Below, in pieces: positions 43,602 through 52,927 of a stretch of DNA of 64,000 nucleotides; position 1 is the stretch's first letter, and the number at the start of each line of letters is the position of its first letter. The DNA comes from Acidobacteriota bacterium (lineage in GTDB: Bacteria > Acidobacteriota > Terriglobia > Bryobacterales > Bryobacteraceae): positions 16 through 64,015 of the forward strand of contig JACQZR010000126.1 of the NCBI GenBank assembly GCA_016213775.1, written 5' to 3'. Position numbers and translations under genes: made by a program. The notes under the pieces are model-generated. The model did not search any database and was not told the DNA's origin. It worked only from the letters and a program-made list of their open reading frames with translations.

Positions 43602-45704
43602 CTACTTGGCCATCGCCTTGGCCTTCACAGGCTCATTGGCGCGGGTGCCAAGGCGCATCGATTCGGCGGCTCCCTTCTCGTCACCAGCCGAGCGCTGCGC
43701 GATTGCCAACCTTTGCATCGACTGCGCCCTCGATATCTCGTCGACGCGGCACGCGGGCGTGTTCAGCGCCCCAATCAGCCTCTTGGCTTCCGCAACATCG
43801 GATTTGCGCAGGTCTATCTGATTTGTGCCCTCGACGATGGTCTTGAAGGCTCGCCCGGCATTGGTACCCTTCACCAGCCGGACGTAGTCGGCCAGCGGGC
43901 TGTCGCCGTACTTCTCCAATACCTTGTCGAAGGCATCATTGCCGCGTCTGAGCGAATCCGCGTCGGAGCCGAGCAGGTAGAACAGTGCGCCCTGCTCCTG
44001 CCCCATCAGCAGGTCAGCCAGTTCCTCATCCTTGGCCGTCACCGGATAGCGCACGCGCATGTTGATCACGTTGGAGAGGACACGCGATCCGTCCAGCGCG
44101 TGGTAGATCGCACGGATCTGGTAGTTGCCCGGCTGGTCGAAGTACAGTCCGCCTTTGCCGTAACCGATGTAGGCGCTGTCCTCGATCTTGTAGTCGCCGG
44201 CAATCTCCTGTTCCTGCGGGCCGACGAGATGATCCATAAAGGGCTCGTAGGCCACCACCACGCCGTTTGGCTTGGCGATCACAATGTTCGTGAGCGTTGT
44301 GTTCGGGTGAAGGTAGGGGTGGACCCGTTTGCCGCGGCGGTCGGTCGAGTCGAGCGTCAGCTTGACGACAACGGGTTCGCCGAGCGCGAAGCTGTTGTTG
44401 GCTCCCGATATCGCAAGCTGTAGACCAGACTCGTCGAACACGGTATCGCCCATGATCTCCGGGTTTACCATGCCTGCGCCCACCGTGAACGGGTTGCCTC
44501 CCATGATGATGTTGTTGCGGAATGCGTGCCTGAGGTGAACCAGTTCGGTATCGTCAAACTGGAATGGGAAGCGCGCCCAGAAACCTGCCGCTCCGCCCAC
44601 CGGATATCGCCACGGGTAGTTCATCCACGAGAGCGAGGCCGGGCGGTCCACTCCGGGAGGCGTGGCCAGCGCTTTCTGCCAGGAATGCAGCAGGTTGAAG
44701 CAGTGTCCGAGTTCGTGAACCGTGGTTTGCAGTTGCAGCCGCAACGCTTCCGCCGTCGAACCCGCCAACCCGCGATAAAACACCGCGCAGCCTTGACGCT
44801 GCGGGCCGAGCTGATCGAACATGATGCCCAGCAGGCCCGAGCCGAATTCGTGGTTCTGGCACACCGCCGTCCACACCACCCACTGAGGTACGTTGCGGAA
44901 CAACAGGAAGTGGCGCTGCATGGAACGGTGCAACTCGGCATTGGACCACGTCGCTCCGGAGCCCGCTTCACCGATGTTGATTACGTCCGCCCCCGAGGTC
45001 GGTACCATTTGAATCCCGGCCTGAGCGAACGCGGACGTGATCGTCAAATTCCTTGCCGGCCCTCCCGAGGGGAGCGCCCCTGTATTGTAGGAACTGAACA
45101 CGGGACTGGTCACGTCGGATGCACGGTCGATCTCGAGACGCACCGTGCGGAAGTGAGTCGAATCGAACCCGCAGTTGTAGCTGGCCCCGGGAGAGTTGAT
45201 CTGGTTGAAGAACTGGAGAGCGGCGGGAGCCTGTGGCTGGCTGATGAGCCGTCGCTGAATTGTCACATTGATCACCGGGAACCCGGCGCCCCAGGTGAAT
45301 TCGCCCAGCCCGCGAATGGTGACATGCGTCGCTGTCACGCTCACTGTGGGATTCTTCACGAGGAACGAGCCGAAGTACGTCGTAGTCCCTCCCGACACGG
45401 AGTAGAAGTCGCCGCTAAGCTTGCGCATGGGGCGCACCCGGTCAACATCCACTCGCAATTCCACTTGCCATCCGCCTGAGGTTCCGTTGTAGCGTCCGCT
45501 CACGGCACGCTTGGCGATGGGAAGCGGTGCTGGAATGACAGGCGCAGCGGGAATTGCGATCTCCGCTCGCCCACTGGAGGGATCGGCCGCAATGATTGCC
45601 TCCATTTCGGAGACTTCAAGGGCTACGGCGTCTTCGACTGACATTTCGGTCAGATCGGCGTAAGCGCCGCTAAGTTCACTGGTGGTCGGATCTTGAAGAT
45701 TCAT
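43602..45704 (-). CDS. 700-aa metzincin-like zinc metallopeptidase-domain protein
   Basis: It has HELGHCFNLLH (the HExxHxxxxxH spacing of metzincins, with N in place of G), preceded by a reprolysin-like GLLGIMFD...GCAVFYRGLAG. There is no signal peptide and the N-terminus is acidic. AGGAG lies 7 nt before ATG 45704. Confidence 0.7.
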   Translation of the reverse strand: MNLQDPTTSELSGAYADLTEMSVEDAVALEVSEMEAIIAADPSSGRAEIAIPAAPVIPAPLPIAKRAVSGRYNGTSGGWQVELRVDVDRVRPMRKLSGDFYSVSGGTTTYFGSFLVKNPTVSVTATHVTIRGLGEFTWGAGFPVINVTIQRRLISQPQAPAALQFFNQINSPGASYNCGFDSTHFRTVRLEIDRASDVTSPVFSSYNTGALPSGGPARNLTITSAFAQAGIQMVPTSGADVINIGEAGSGATWSNAELHRSMQRHFLLFRNVPQWVVWTAVCQNHEFGSGLLGIMFDQLGPQRQGCAVFYRGLAGSTAEALRLQLQTTVHELGHCFNLLHSWQKALATPPGVDRPASLSWMNYPWRYPVGGAAGFWARFPFQFDDTELVHLRHAFRNNIIMGGNPFTVGAGMVNPEIMGDTVFDESGLQLAISGANNSFALGEPVVVKLTLDSTDRRGKRVHPYLHPNTTLTNIVIAKPNGVVVAYEPFMDHLVGPQEQEIAGDYKIEDSAYIGYGKGGLYFDQPGNYQIRAIYHALDGSRVLSNVINMRVRYPVTAKDEELADLLMGQEQGALFYLLGSDADSLRRGNDAFDKVLEKYGDSPLADYVRLVKGTNAGRAFKTIVEGTNQIDLRKSDVAEAKRLIGALNTPACRVDEISRAQSMQRLAIAQRSAGDEKGAAESMRLGTRANEPVKAKAMAK

Positions 45705-46128
45705 TAACTTGCTCCTGTTAGCAGATGCTCAAAAAGACGCACTTGTAGTTACACCTGCGCCTCATTTATGAGCGGCTTTCTTTGCCAATTGTTTTGCCGG
45801 TGCGCAAATTGTGCCCACGCCTAGGGAGACCACCACAGGCGGTCGGGGGAACCGCACACGGCCACCAATATTCGAACCGGGGAGATACTGCGATAAAGAG
45901 CCGGGACTGGCTGGACCTGTAATCAGGCGCGTCGGCACTGAATAGTGCTCGGCGGCCACACTGATCTAGAGTTCTATGTGGTTTTGACCACAGCGTACGT
46001 AAGCCTATTTAACCAGAGGCTGATGGTACTTTCTAGACGATTGTACTCCCGTGCCCCAACGTTGTAAAGGCTTCGTTTTGTCTTTTTACGCTGTATTTTC
46101 CTGATACTTTATAACGCGTTTCGAGAAC

Positions 46129-46827
46129 CTATCCGAAAAGAACGTCGGCGAAAGAATAGAAGCCTTTTCGGCGGCCCTCCGCCAGCCATTGCGCGGCCTT
46201 CAGTGCGCCGCGGGCAAAGCCTTCCCGGCTCCGCGCTGAATGCCGCAATGTGATGGTATCCGCCGCCGAATCGAAGCCGATTTCATGCGTTCCCGGATGC
46301 GCGCCCGCGCGGTTTGATGATGTATCGATGGTGCGCGGGTACCCCGCTTGTTTCATCGTTTCCACCAACTGCAACAGCGTTCCCGATGGCGCGTCCTTCT
46401 TCGTGTGGTGATGGATTTCCCAGGCCCAGGCGCCGTAGCTTGGCTCATTGGCCAGCAGCCGCGCTGCTTCCGCCAGAACCCGGTTGAATACGTTTACACC
46501 AATGGAAAAATTAGGACTCCACACAAACCCCGTTCCCCGTTGTGTCACCAGCCGGCGCACATGCTCCAACTGATCCGTCCAACCTGTTGTTCCCACTACC
46601 GTCGACACTCCCAGCTTCGTCAGCCATTCAATATTCGCCACTGCCGTGTGCGGCGTCGAAAACTCGATCGCCACGTCGACGTCCTTGAAGTTGATCGGCG
46701 TCAACCCGGCCCCATTGGCGTTGTTGAATTCATCCAGCCGGAGGATTGTCTCCAGCCCATATTCCGGGGCAAGTTGATCGATCAACTTGCCCATCTTTCC
46801 GTAACCCACCAGTGCGAGCTTGGCCAT
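46129..46827 (-). CDS. dapB: 4-hydroxy-tetrahydrodipicolinate reductase
   Basis: The sequence reads MAKLALVGYGKMGK...EFSTP...VVGTTGW...HHHTKKDAPSGT. ATG 46827 shares one base with the lysC stop (TGATG). Confidence 0.92.
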   Translation of the reverse strand: MAKLALVGYGKMGKLIDQLAPEYGLETILRLDEFNNANGAGLTPINFKDVDVAIEFSTPHTAVANIEWLTKLGVSTVVGTTGWTDQLEHVRRLVTQRGTGFVWSPNFSIGVNVFNRVLAEAARLLANEPSYGAWAWEIHHHTKKDAPSGTLLQLVETMKQAGYPRTIDTSSNRAGAHPGTHEIGFDSAADTITLRHSARSREGFARGALKAAQWLAEGRRKGFYSFADVLFG

Positions 46828-48197
46828 CAAGCGAATACCTCCGGATCGCGCTCACTGAAGAACTCCTGATGCAACCCGTCCACCGCGCGCACCAGATCGT
46901 CCTCGGCGATGACGAACGAAAAATTCAATTGCGAAGAGCCTTGCGAAACCATCAGAACGTTGATGCCGCCGAGCGCGTGAAAAATTCGCCCGCCGATCCC
47001 CGGCGTTCCGCGAATGTTGTCTCCCACCGCGCAAACAATTGCCCGGTTCGTTTCCACTTCCACCTCTGCAATGCGCCGCAGTTCTCCACTGATCTCATTC
47101 AGGTGCCGGGCATTGTCGATGGTGAGCGACACGGTCACTTCGCTCGTGGTCACCATATCCACCGGCGTCTGGAACCGGTCAAAAACCTCGAAAATGCGCC
47201 GGAGAAAACCATGCGCCCCCAGCATCCGCAACGACTGTATCTTCACAATCGTGACATTCTTCTTGCACGCAATCGACTTCACCGCATTGCGGCAGTGCGG
47301 CGGATCCTTGATAATGCGCGTGCCCGAAACTTCCGGCCGCCGGCTGTTCAACACCAGTACAGGGATGTTCTTGTCAATGGCCGGCAGCACCGTTGCCGGA
47401 TGCAGCACTTTGGCGCCGAAGTAGGCCAGTTCCGCGGCCTCTGCGAACGAGATCGTTTTGATCAGATGCCCGCCCGGCACAATACGGGGATCGCACGTCA
47501 GCATCCCGTCGACATCCGTCCAGATCTGGATTTCTTCGGCCCCGATGCCCGCGCCCACAATTGACGCCGTGTAATCGGAACCGCCCCGGCCGAGCGTTGT
47601 CGTCACGCCGTTCACAGTGGACGAAATGAACCCGCCCATCACCACCACGTTCTTCTCCGCCAGCGGCGCAACGGTTGCCTGCAGCCGTTCATAAGTGCGG
47701 TGAAACAATGGCGCGGCATGCGTGTGCCGCGTATCGGTGACGATGACTTGACGCGAATCGACATGCGCCGCAGCCATTCCAAAATAGCGGAACGCCAGCG
47801 CGACGATCTGGCTCGAAAGCCGCTCGCCCATCGCCGACACCGCGTCAATCATCTGCGGCGAAAACGACTCGACCTCCGCAATCTCCGCCACCATGTGCGA
47901 CAACTCGGTGAAGTGCGTCTCCAGCAACTGGTCCAGGTTTTCCTGATCCTCCGCCAGGAGAATCGCCGAAGCCTCCTTGCGGTGAAACGCCTGCAACTGC
48001 TCCATTTCATCGAGCGCGGCGCTCTGTTTGCCTTCCGCGGCAAGGCCGGCGAGGGCCAGAAGCCGGTTTGTGGTCTTGCCCATTGCGGACACCACCACTA
48101 CCGGATTGCGCTCCACCCTCGCCTTCACAATTCGGGCGACGCGCTCAATCGCCGCGGCGGATTCTACTGAGGATCCGCCAAACTTCATCACGATCAT
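46827..48197 (-). CDS. lysC: aspartate kinase
   Basis: The sequence reads MIVMKFGGSSV...GRGGSDYTA and ends in two ACT-like domains. Confidence 0.93.
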   Translation of the reverse strand: MIVMKFGGSSVESAAAIERVARIVKARVERNPVVVVSAMGKTTNRLLALAGLAAEGKQSAALDEMEQLQAFHRKEASAILLAEDQENLDQLLETHFTELSHMVAEIAEVESFSPQMIDAVSAMGERLSSQIVALAFRYFGMAAAHVDSRQVIVTDTRHTHAAPLFHRTYERLQATVAPLAEKNVVVMGGFISSTVNGVTTTLGRGGSDYTASIVGAGIGAEEIQIWTDVDGMLTCDPRIVPGGHLIKTISFAEAAELAYFGAKVLHPATVLPAIDKNIPVLVLNSRRPEVSGTRIIKDPPHCRNAVKSIACKKNVTIVKIQSLRMLGAHGFLRRIFEVFDRFQTPVDMVTTSEVTVSLTIDNARHLNEISGELRRIAEVEVETNRAIVCAVGDNIRGTPGIGGRIFHALGGINVLMVSQGSSQLNFSFVIAEDDLVRAVDGLHQEFFSERDPEVFA

Positions 48198-48208
48198 AGA
48201 AGCACCCT

Positions 48209-49255
48209 TTAGCTGATCAGACCCATGGATTGCATCAACTCCGCGTTCAACACCGCTGCCCCAGCCGCGCCACGGACAGTGTTGTGAGCGAGTGCGATGA
48301 ACTTGTAATCAAACACCGGGCATTCGCGCACGCGCCCCACAAAGCACGCCATGCCGTTCTCGCGTTCGGCATCGCGCCGGGGCTGCGGGCGGTCCTTTTC
48401 CGGCATGTAGATCACCGGCTGGTTGGGCGCGCTCGGCAGATTGCGCTTCTGCGGCTCGGCAGTGAAGCTGTTGAAGGCGTGCACCAGATCGTCATGCTTC
48501 GGCTTGTGCTCCAGTTCCACCGAAATCGTTACCAGGTGGCCGTCCACCACGGCGACGCGATTGCAGTGCGCACTCACCTTGGCATGCAACGCGCGCAACT
48601 CGCCGCCGGTGAAATCGCCCAGGATCTTCTGCGTCTCCTGTTGCATCTTTTCTTCTTCGCCGCCGATGAATGGAATCACGTTCCCCATGATATCCATCGA
48701 TGGTACGCCCGGATAGCCGGCGCCGGAAATTGCCTGTAGCGTTGTCACCACCAGCTTGCGAATACCGAACTGTTTCAAGGGAGCCAGTCCCATCGTCAGG
48801 GCAATCGTCGAGCAGTTGGGATTCGTCACGATCATACCCGGCCATCCGCGCAGCTCCCGCTGCTTCGGTAGAATCCCAAGGTGTTCCGCGTTGATCTCGG
48901 GAACCAGCAACGGCACGTCGGCGTCCATGCGGTGATTGCGCGAATTGGAAACCACCACGTGGCCCGCCTTTGCGAACGCCTGTTCTATCTCCGTCGCCAC
49001 TGACGCGTCCGTCGCCGAAAACACGATTTTAGGGGCGTTGCCCGGCTTGCATTCTTCCACTGTCAGGTCCGCGACTTCGGCAGGCATTGCGCCGGCGAGC
49101 CGCCACGTGGTCGCATCCTTATACTTCTTGGCGGTGGACCGCTCGCTCGCGCCCACCCAGGTCAACTGGAACCAGGGATGCCCTTGCAGGAACTTGACGA
49201 AATGCTGACCCACCATTCCGGTGGCGCCGAGAACTCCAACTTCAATCGGTTGCAT
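48209..49255 (-). CDS. asd: aspartate-semialdehyde dehydrogenase
   Basis: The sequence reads VGVLGATGMVGQ...NPNCSTI...RVAVVDGH. Confidence 0.93.
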   Translation of the reverse strand: MQPIEVGVLGATGMVGQHFVKFLQGHPWFQLTWVGASERSTAKKYKDATTWRLAGAMPAEVADLTVEECKPGNAPKIVFSATDASVATEIEQAFAKAGHVVVSNSRNHRMDADVPLLVPEINAEHLGILPKQRELRGWPGMIVTNPNCSTIALTMGLAPLKQFGIRKLVVTTLQAISGAGYPGVPSMDIMGNVIPFIGGEEEKMQQETQKILGDFTGGELRALHAKVSAHCNRVAVVDGHLVTISVELEHKPKHDDLVHAFNSFTAEPQKRNLPSAPNQPVIYMPEKDRPQPRRDAERENGMACFVGRVRECPVFDYKFIALAHNTVRGAAGAAVLNAELMQSMGLIS

Positions 49256-49288
49256 GAAATCCTTTCTCTTTTCAAAATGTTCAGCGCG

Positions 49289-50293
49289 CTAGGCGAGCAG
49301 TTGCTTTGCCATGCGCTTGTAGATGTCGATCGCCTCCACCAGTTCGCGCTTCAACACGCGCTCTTCTGAAGTGTGCGCGACATGAATGGTTCCAGGGCCC
49401 AGCAGCAACGGCTGGCCCCACGCCCCGCCAAACGCGGGAATGTCGGTTGTGTACTTCACCACCGTGGTACGGAATCCGTCGAGCTTCCGCAAATGGACCG
49501 CCGGAATGCGTAGCACTTCGTTCACCTTCCCGCGGTCACCCACGGTCTTGCGAATGATCTCGCTCGTCGATGCCCCATCGTCCACCAGACGGATCAGCAT
49601 CTCGGCTTTGGCGAGATCGGGGATCACGTTCGGCGCGCGCCCACCGTGAATCAGTCCAATGTTCAGCGTTCCCTCGCCGAGAATCGGATCCACCGGCAGT
49701 TGTACATTGCGCAGGTCCGCCAGAATATCCAGCAGTTTCGTGATCGCCGAATCGCCCAGTTCCGGGTAAGCGGAATGCGCCATCCGTCCGCTTGTTTCCA
49801 CCTCCACGCGAAACGCGCCCTTGCTGCCGAGCGCAAGCTGGTTCTCCGTCGGCTCGCCGTTGATCAGATACTTCGATCCGCGCGGATGCTTCGCCATGAA
49901 GTATGCCCCTGCGCTGTTACGCTCCTCCCCCACCACAAACAGCAGCGCAAGCCCGCGCACACCCTCCGCCAGCAGTGCTTCCACTGCGTGGATCATACTC
50001 GCGATGATGCCCTTGGTATCGCAGGCCGCGCGGCCCCAAATGAACTCGTCATCCTCGCGCGAGGGAAAGAAAGGGGGCACTGTGTCCATGTGCGTGGAGA
50101 AGGTCACCACCGGATCGCCGAAGGTTGCAAACACGTTGTTTCGCCCTGGCTCCACTTCCAGCACTTCCAGTTTTCCGTTGTATCGTTCGCACATCTCGCC
50201 GAGCAGACTGGCCAGGTAGCGGCCCACTTCCAGTTCATTGCCGGTGATGGATTCGATGTCCACGAGAGCGCGGGTAAGTTCAAAAACATTCAT
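49289..50293 (-). CDS. M20-family deacylase (ArgE/DapE-like)
   Basis: ATG 50293 gives MNVFELTR. Motifs are STHMDTVPP and GEERNSAG. It is the first gene of the lysine operon. Confidence 0.85.
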   Translation of the reverse strand: MNVFELTRALVDIESITGNELEVGRYLASLLGEMCERYNGKLEVLEVEPGRNNVFATFGDPVVTFSTHMDTVPPFFPSREDDEFIWGRAACDTKGIIASMIHAVEALLAEGVRGLALLFVVGEERNSAGAYFMAKHPRGSKYLINGEPTENQLALGSKGAFRVEVETSGRMAHSAYPELGDSAITKLLDILADLRNVQLPVDPILGEGTLNIGLIHGGRAPNVIPDLAKAEMLIRLVDDGASTSEIIRKTVGDRGKVNEVLRIPAVHLRKLDGFRTTVVKYTTDIPAFGGAWGQPLLLGPGTIHVAHTSEERVLKRELVEAIDIYKRMAKQLLA

Positions 50294-50378
50294 AGATACT
50301 ATTGTTGCCAACTGTTGACCATCGAAGAGGGAGCGAGACGAAGAAGAGACTGCGCAGGTGTAGAGCGAGGTCCACTTC

Positions 50379-50559
50379 CCGATAGCACTCCATCCGGAAT
50401 TCCGGATGACAGTGGCCGGGATTTAGCCCGTGCCCCCAACCGCAATGCGCCACGCCGCGCATCCGGTTTCGGCGGAAAATAGCTCAGTCCCTTTCCCCGC
50501 GAGTCCCGTTGCGTTCCGGAACCACACTCGCAAGTACTGATGACTGCCGCGCCTCTACC
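50379..50559 (-). promoter_or_regulatory. lysine (L-box) riboswitch aptamer
   Basis: The reverse strand reads GGTAGAGGCGCGGCAG...GAAAGGGACTGAG...CCGCCGAAACC...GGCCACTGTCA-TCCGGAATTCCGGA-TGGAGTGCTATCGG. The conserved L-box strings are present in the right order over about 181 nt. P1 can form (GGTAG with CTATC). The aptamer ends 85 nt upstream of the operon ATG. Confidence 0.8.
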
Positions 50560-50597
50560 AAGAAAGATCCAGGATAACACAGCGCCTGCGCCGCGGC

Positions 50598-51203
50598 TCA
50601 GTTCCACCTGGCGAGAGCCGACTCCAGCCGCGCCTGCTCCTCCGCCGGCAACCGGGGAAAGAAATCCAGCCCCGTCAGCCGTTCCACCTCCGCCACCGGG
50701 GCGGCGAATTCACTCAACGCCTCAGCAGGATTGTGATCATTCGGAAGCACCGCGGCGTACATCGCCAACCGGTCGCCTCTTGCGGTGAGAACCACCTTGT
50801 ACAACCGGCATGGCACCGCCACCTGATTCGCCCCGATATGCTCCACCGTGTCGCAGAACACGGGCCCTGTGATCACGATGGTGAACTCCGCCGCCCGGCT
50901 CAGCCCCCGCGTGGCCAGTTCGAGAATCCGCCACTTGCCCGCGTTTAGCGACGCATTCTGCGGCACGGCATTGGACAACAGAAAGCTGTCGCGCATTGCC
51001 TCCTCGCTGAACGACATGTCCGCTGCCGGCACCATGTGTCCCCGTGAATACCCGCTATTGCGATAATCCGCGTCCGCCGCCGGACTGTTCACACCAGCGT
51101 CGCGCCGGAATCGCTTCGGCCGCGCTGCAAACGCCTGCTCCCCGGTGTGCATCTCATATGCAGTCCACACGGGCACCTTCCGCGTCGCGTCATAACAGAG
51201 CAC
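50598..51203 (-). CDS. DNA/RNA non-specific endonuclease domain protein (short, no signal peptide)
   Basis: It has SGYSRGHMVPAADM (DRGH-type motif) and NAVPQNASLN. GTG start. The ORF cannot extend further upstream. Confidence 0.8.
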   Translation of the reverse strand: MLCYDATRKVPVWTAYEMHTGEQAFAARPKRFRRDAGVNSPAADADYRNSGYSRGHMVPAADMSFSEEAMRDSFLLSNAVPQNASLNAGKWRILELATRGLSRAAEFTIVITGPVFCDTVEHIGANQVAVPCRLYKVVLTARGDRLAMYAAVLPNDHNPAEALSEFAAPVAEVERLTGLDFFPRLPAEEQARLESALARWN

Positions 51204-51256
51204 TAACCCCGCACGCTCGGCTAACTGCCGATCCGCGCCCGCACAAGCTGTATCCC

Positions 51257-52894
51257 TTAATTCGTGGAAATACTCGCGATCGACCAGGCCGGGTTGCGAA
51301 TCTCGTTCACCACGTCGCCCTTGGCGTTTACTTCAATCACACGCCGCCCTGTGTAATCCACAATGAATACCGATCCATCCGGCTGCGGTGCAAATCCCGA
51401 CGCCCACCCCATCTTCACGCGGTCATCCGACCCTATTGAGCGCACCACTTTCCCTGCCCGGTCCACTTCCACCACTTCGCCCGGCTCGGCATTCGAGATC
51501 ATCGTATTTCCATTCGCCAGCCGGATTGCCAGATACGGTTTTCGCACTGCATCGAATTGATGTGACCACACGATCTTTCCAGTGGCATCCACTTCGATGA
51601 TCCTGCCCGCGGCCTCAATCGCGATCAGCGTCGTCCCTTGCGGCGTGCGGCGCGATTCGCGCATCCTGCCATTGCCGAGGTCGGCATTCTCGTAAGTCCA
51701 AACGACCTTGCCTTGCGCCGTCACTTCGATCACTTTGCCGAGCAGCGTATCGCCGATCAATGTGTTGCCGTTTTCCAGCCGTTGCGCCGAGAGCGGCCGT
51801 TTGAGACCTTCGCTGTACGACCACACTTCGCGGCCGTCCGGCGCCACTTCAACGACCACACCTTTGCTGTCGCGCGTGAGCAGCACATTACCGTTGCGCA
51901 GCGCCTGCACATCGTGCCCGCCGGCGTTGGGGACCGTGTACAGAATCTTCCCCGAAGGCCAGTCGATTGCCAGCACTTCACCCGTGCGCGCGTGATTCGA
52001 GAGGAACACCTTCCGTCCCGACGGCTTCGTCTTCAGATGGCGCTCAAAGAACTCCACCGTGCGGCGTTCGGCTTCTTCCCCGTCCTTGCCGTGGAACCCA
52101 TGCCCGGCCCCGGACATCGTGGCCAGCTCCGCTTCCACTCCATTGGCGATCAGCTTCCCGGTGATCCACACCCCATGCTCATAAGGGACCAACGGATCTT
52201 TTGTTCCGTGAATCGTCAGCACCGGTGGATCGTCCGGCGACACCCAGTTGAGCGGGCTGGCCTGAATATGCGCGCGATGCGCATACTTGCTCGATCCGCC
52301 AAGAAACTGCGGCAAGACTTGCGCCGCGTCGCCACCCTTGTCGTAAATCCTCGTGAAGTCCGCTGGGCCGTAATAGTTCACCACGCATTTGACGCGGCTC
52401 GATTGCTCCGCGTGCACGCCATCGCCTTCCAACAGGGCAACTCCGCCGGTCAATCCCAGCATGAGCGCCAGGTGCCCTCCCGCCGATCCACCCATCGCTC
52501 CGATGTTGTCCTTGTCGATATGAAACCGCCCCGCGTTGGCACGCAGAAAGCGGACTGCCGATTTCACATCGAATACCGGCGAAGGGTATTGATACTTCGG
52601 CGCGAGCCGGTAGCTGACGGTCGCCGCCACGAACCCGCGTTCCGCCATCCGCACCGCCATCGGCACATAGCTCTGCCTGTTGCCGCCGCGAAACCCGCCG
52701 CCGTGAATCATCACGATCGCCGGAAACGGACCCTCGCCCTTCGGCCGCGCCACGTCCAACTGCAGTTTCGTGCCATGCGCGTTGGCGTAGTCAATGTCGC
52801 GTTCCAGCGCTACCGAATCGGGAACTTTCAATTGGGGCTGGTTCTGCGCCGCCAACGCCGCGGCCACGAATAAAACAATAGCGGTACGATGCAT
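51257..52894 (-). CDS. secreted alpha/beta-hydrolase (esterase) fused to a C-terminal beta-propeller
   Basis: It has a signal peptide, HGGGF, GGSAGG and HGTKDPLVP. About 260 aa of repeated G.vvW/V.e propeller blades follow. Confidence 0.85.
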   Translation of the reverse strand: MHRTAIVLFVAAALAAQNQPQLKVPDSVALERDIDYANAHGTKLQLDVARPKGEGPFPAIVMIHGGGFRGGNRQSYVPMAVRMAERGFVAATVSYRLAPKYQYPSPVFDVKSAVRFLRANAGRFHIDKDNIGAMGGSAGGHLALMLGLTGGVALLEGDGVHAEQSSRVKCVVNYYGPADFTRIYDKGGDAAQVLPQFLGGSSKYAHRAHIQASPLNWVSPDDPPVLTIHGTKDPLVPYEHGVWITGKLIANGVEAELATMSGAGHGFHGKDGEEAERRTVEFFERHLKTKPSGRKVFLSNHARTGEVLAIDWPSGKILYTVPNAGGHDVQALRNGNVLLTRDSKGVVVEVAPDGREVWSYSEGLKRPLSAQRLENGNTLIGDTLLGKVIEVTAQGKVVWTYENADLGNGRMRESRRTPQGTTLIAIEAAGRIIEVDATGKIVWSHQFDAVRKPYLAIRLANGNTMISNAEPGEVVEVDRAGKVVRSIGSDDRVKMGWASGFAPQPDGSVFIVDYTGRRVIEVNAKGDVVNEIRNPAWSIASISTN

Positions 52895-52927
52895 CGTTAC
52901 ATGTTATCAAGCCGGCTTCATTGCATA

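Noticed and set aside
45860-45957. Possible tRNA or tRNA-Sec gene: a 7-9 bp acceptor-like helix plus GGTTCGAAT.
   Set aside because: No T-stem can form around the TTCGAAT loop. There is no 7-nt anticodon loop with U33. The D-loop lacks GG. The length of 98 nt fits no class cleanly. It is kept only as a tRNA-like or relic element in the findings.
45762-45959. A 65-aa reverse-strand ORF in the AT-rich spacer.
   Set aside because: It has a GTG start without an RBS. Its third-position composition is unlike the neighbouring genes. It coincides with the structured element.
52889-52927. Divergent start codons sharing the palindrome ATGCAT (52889-52894).
   Set aside because: The plus-strand gene more likely starts at ATG 52928 or 52937, which places the signal peptide at the N-terminus. 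The overlap is probably coincidental.
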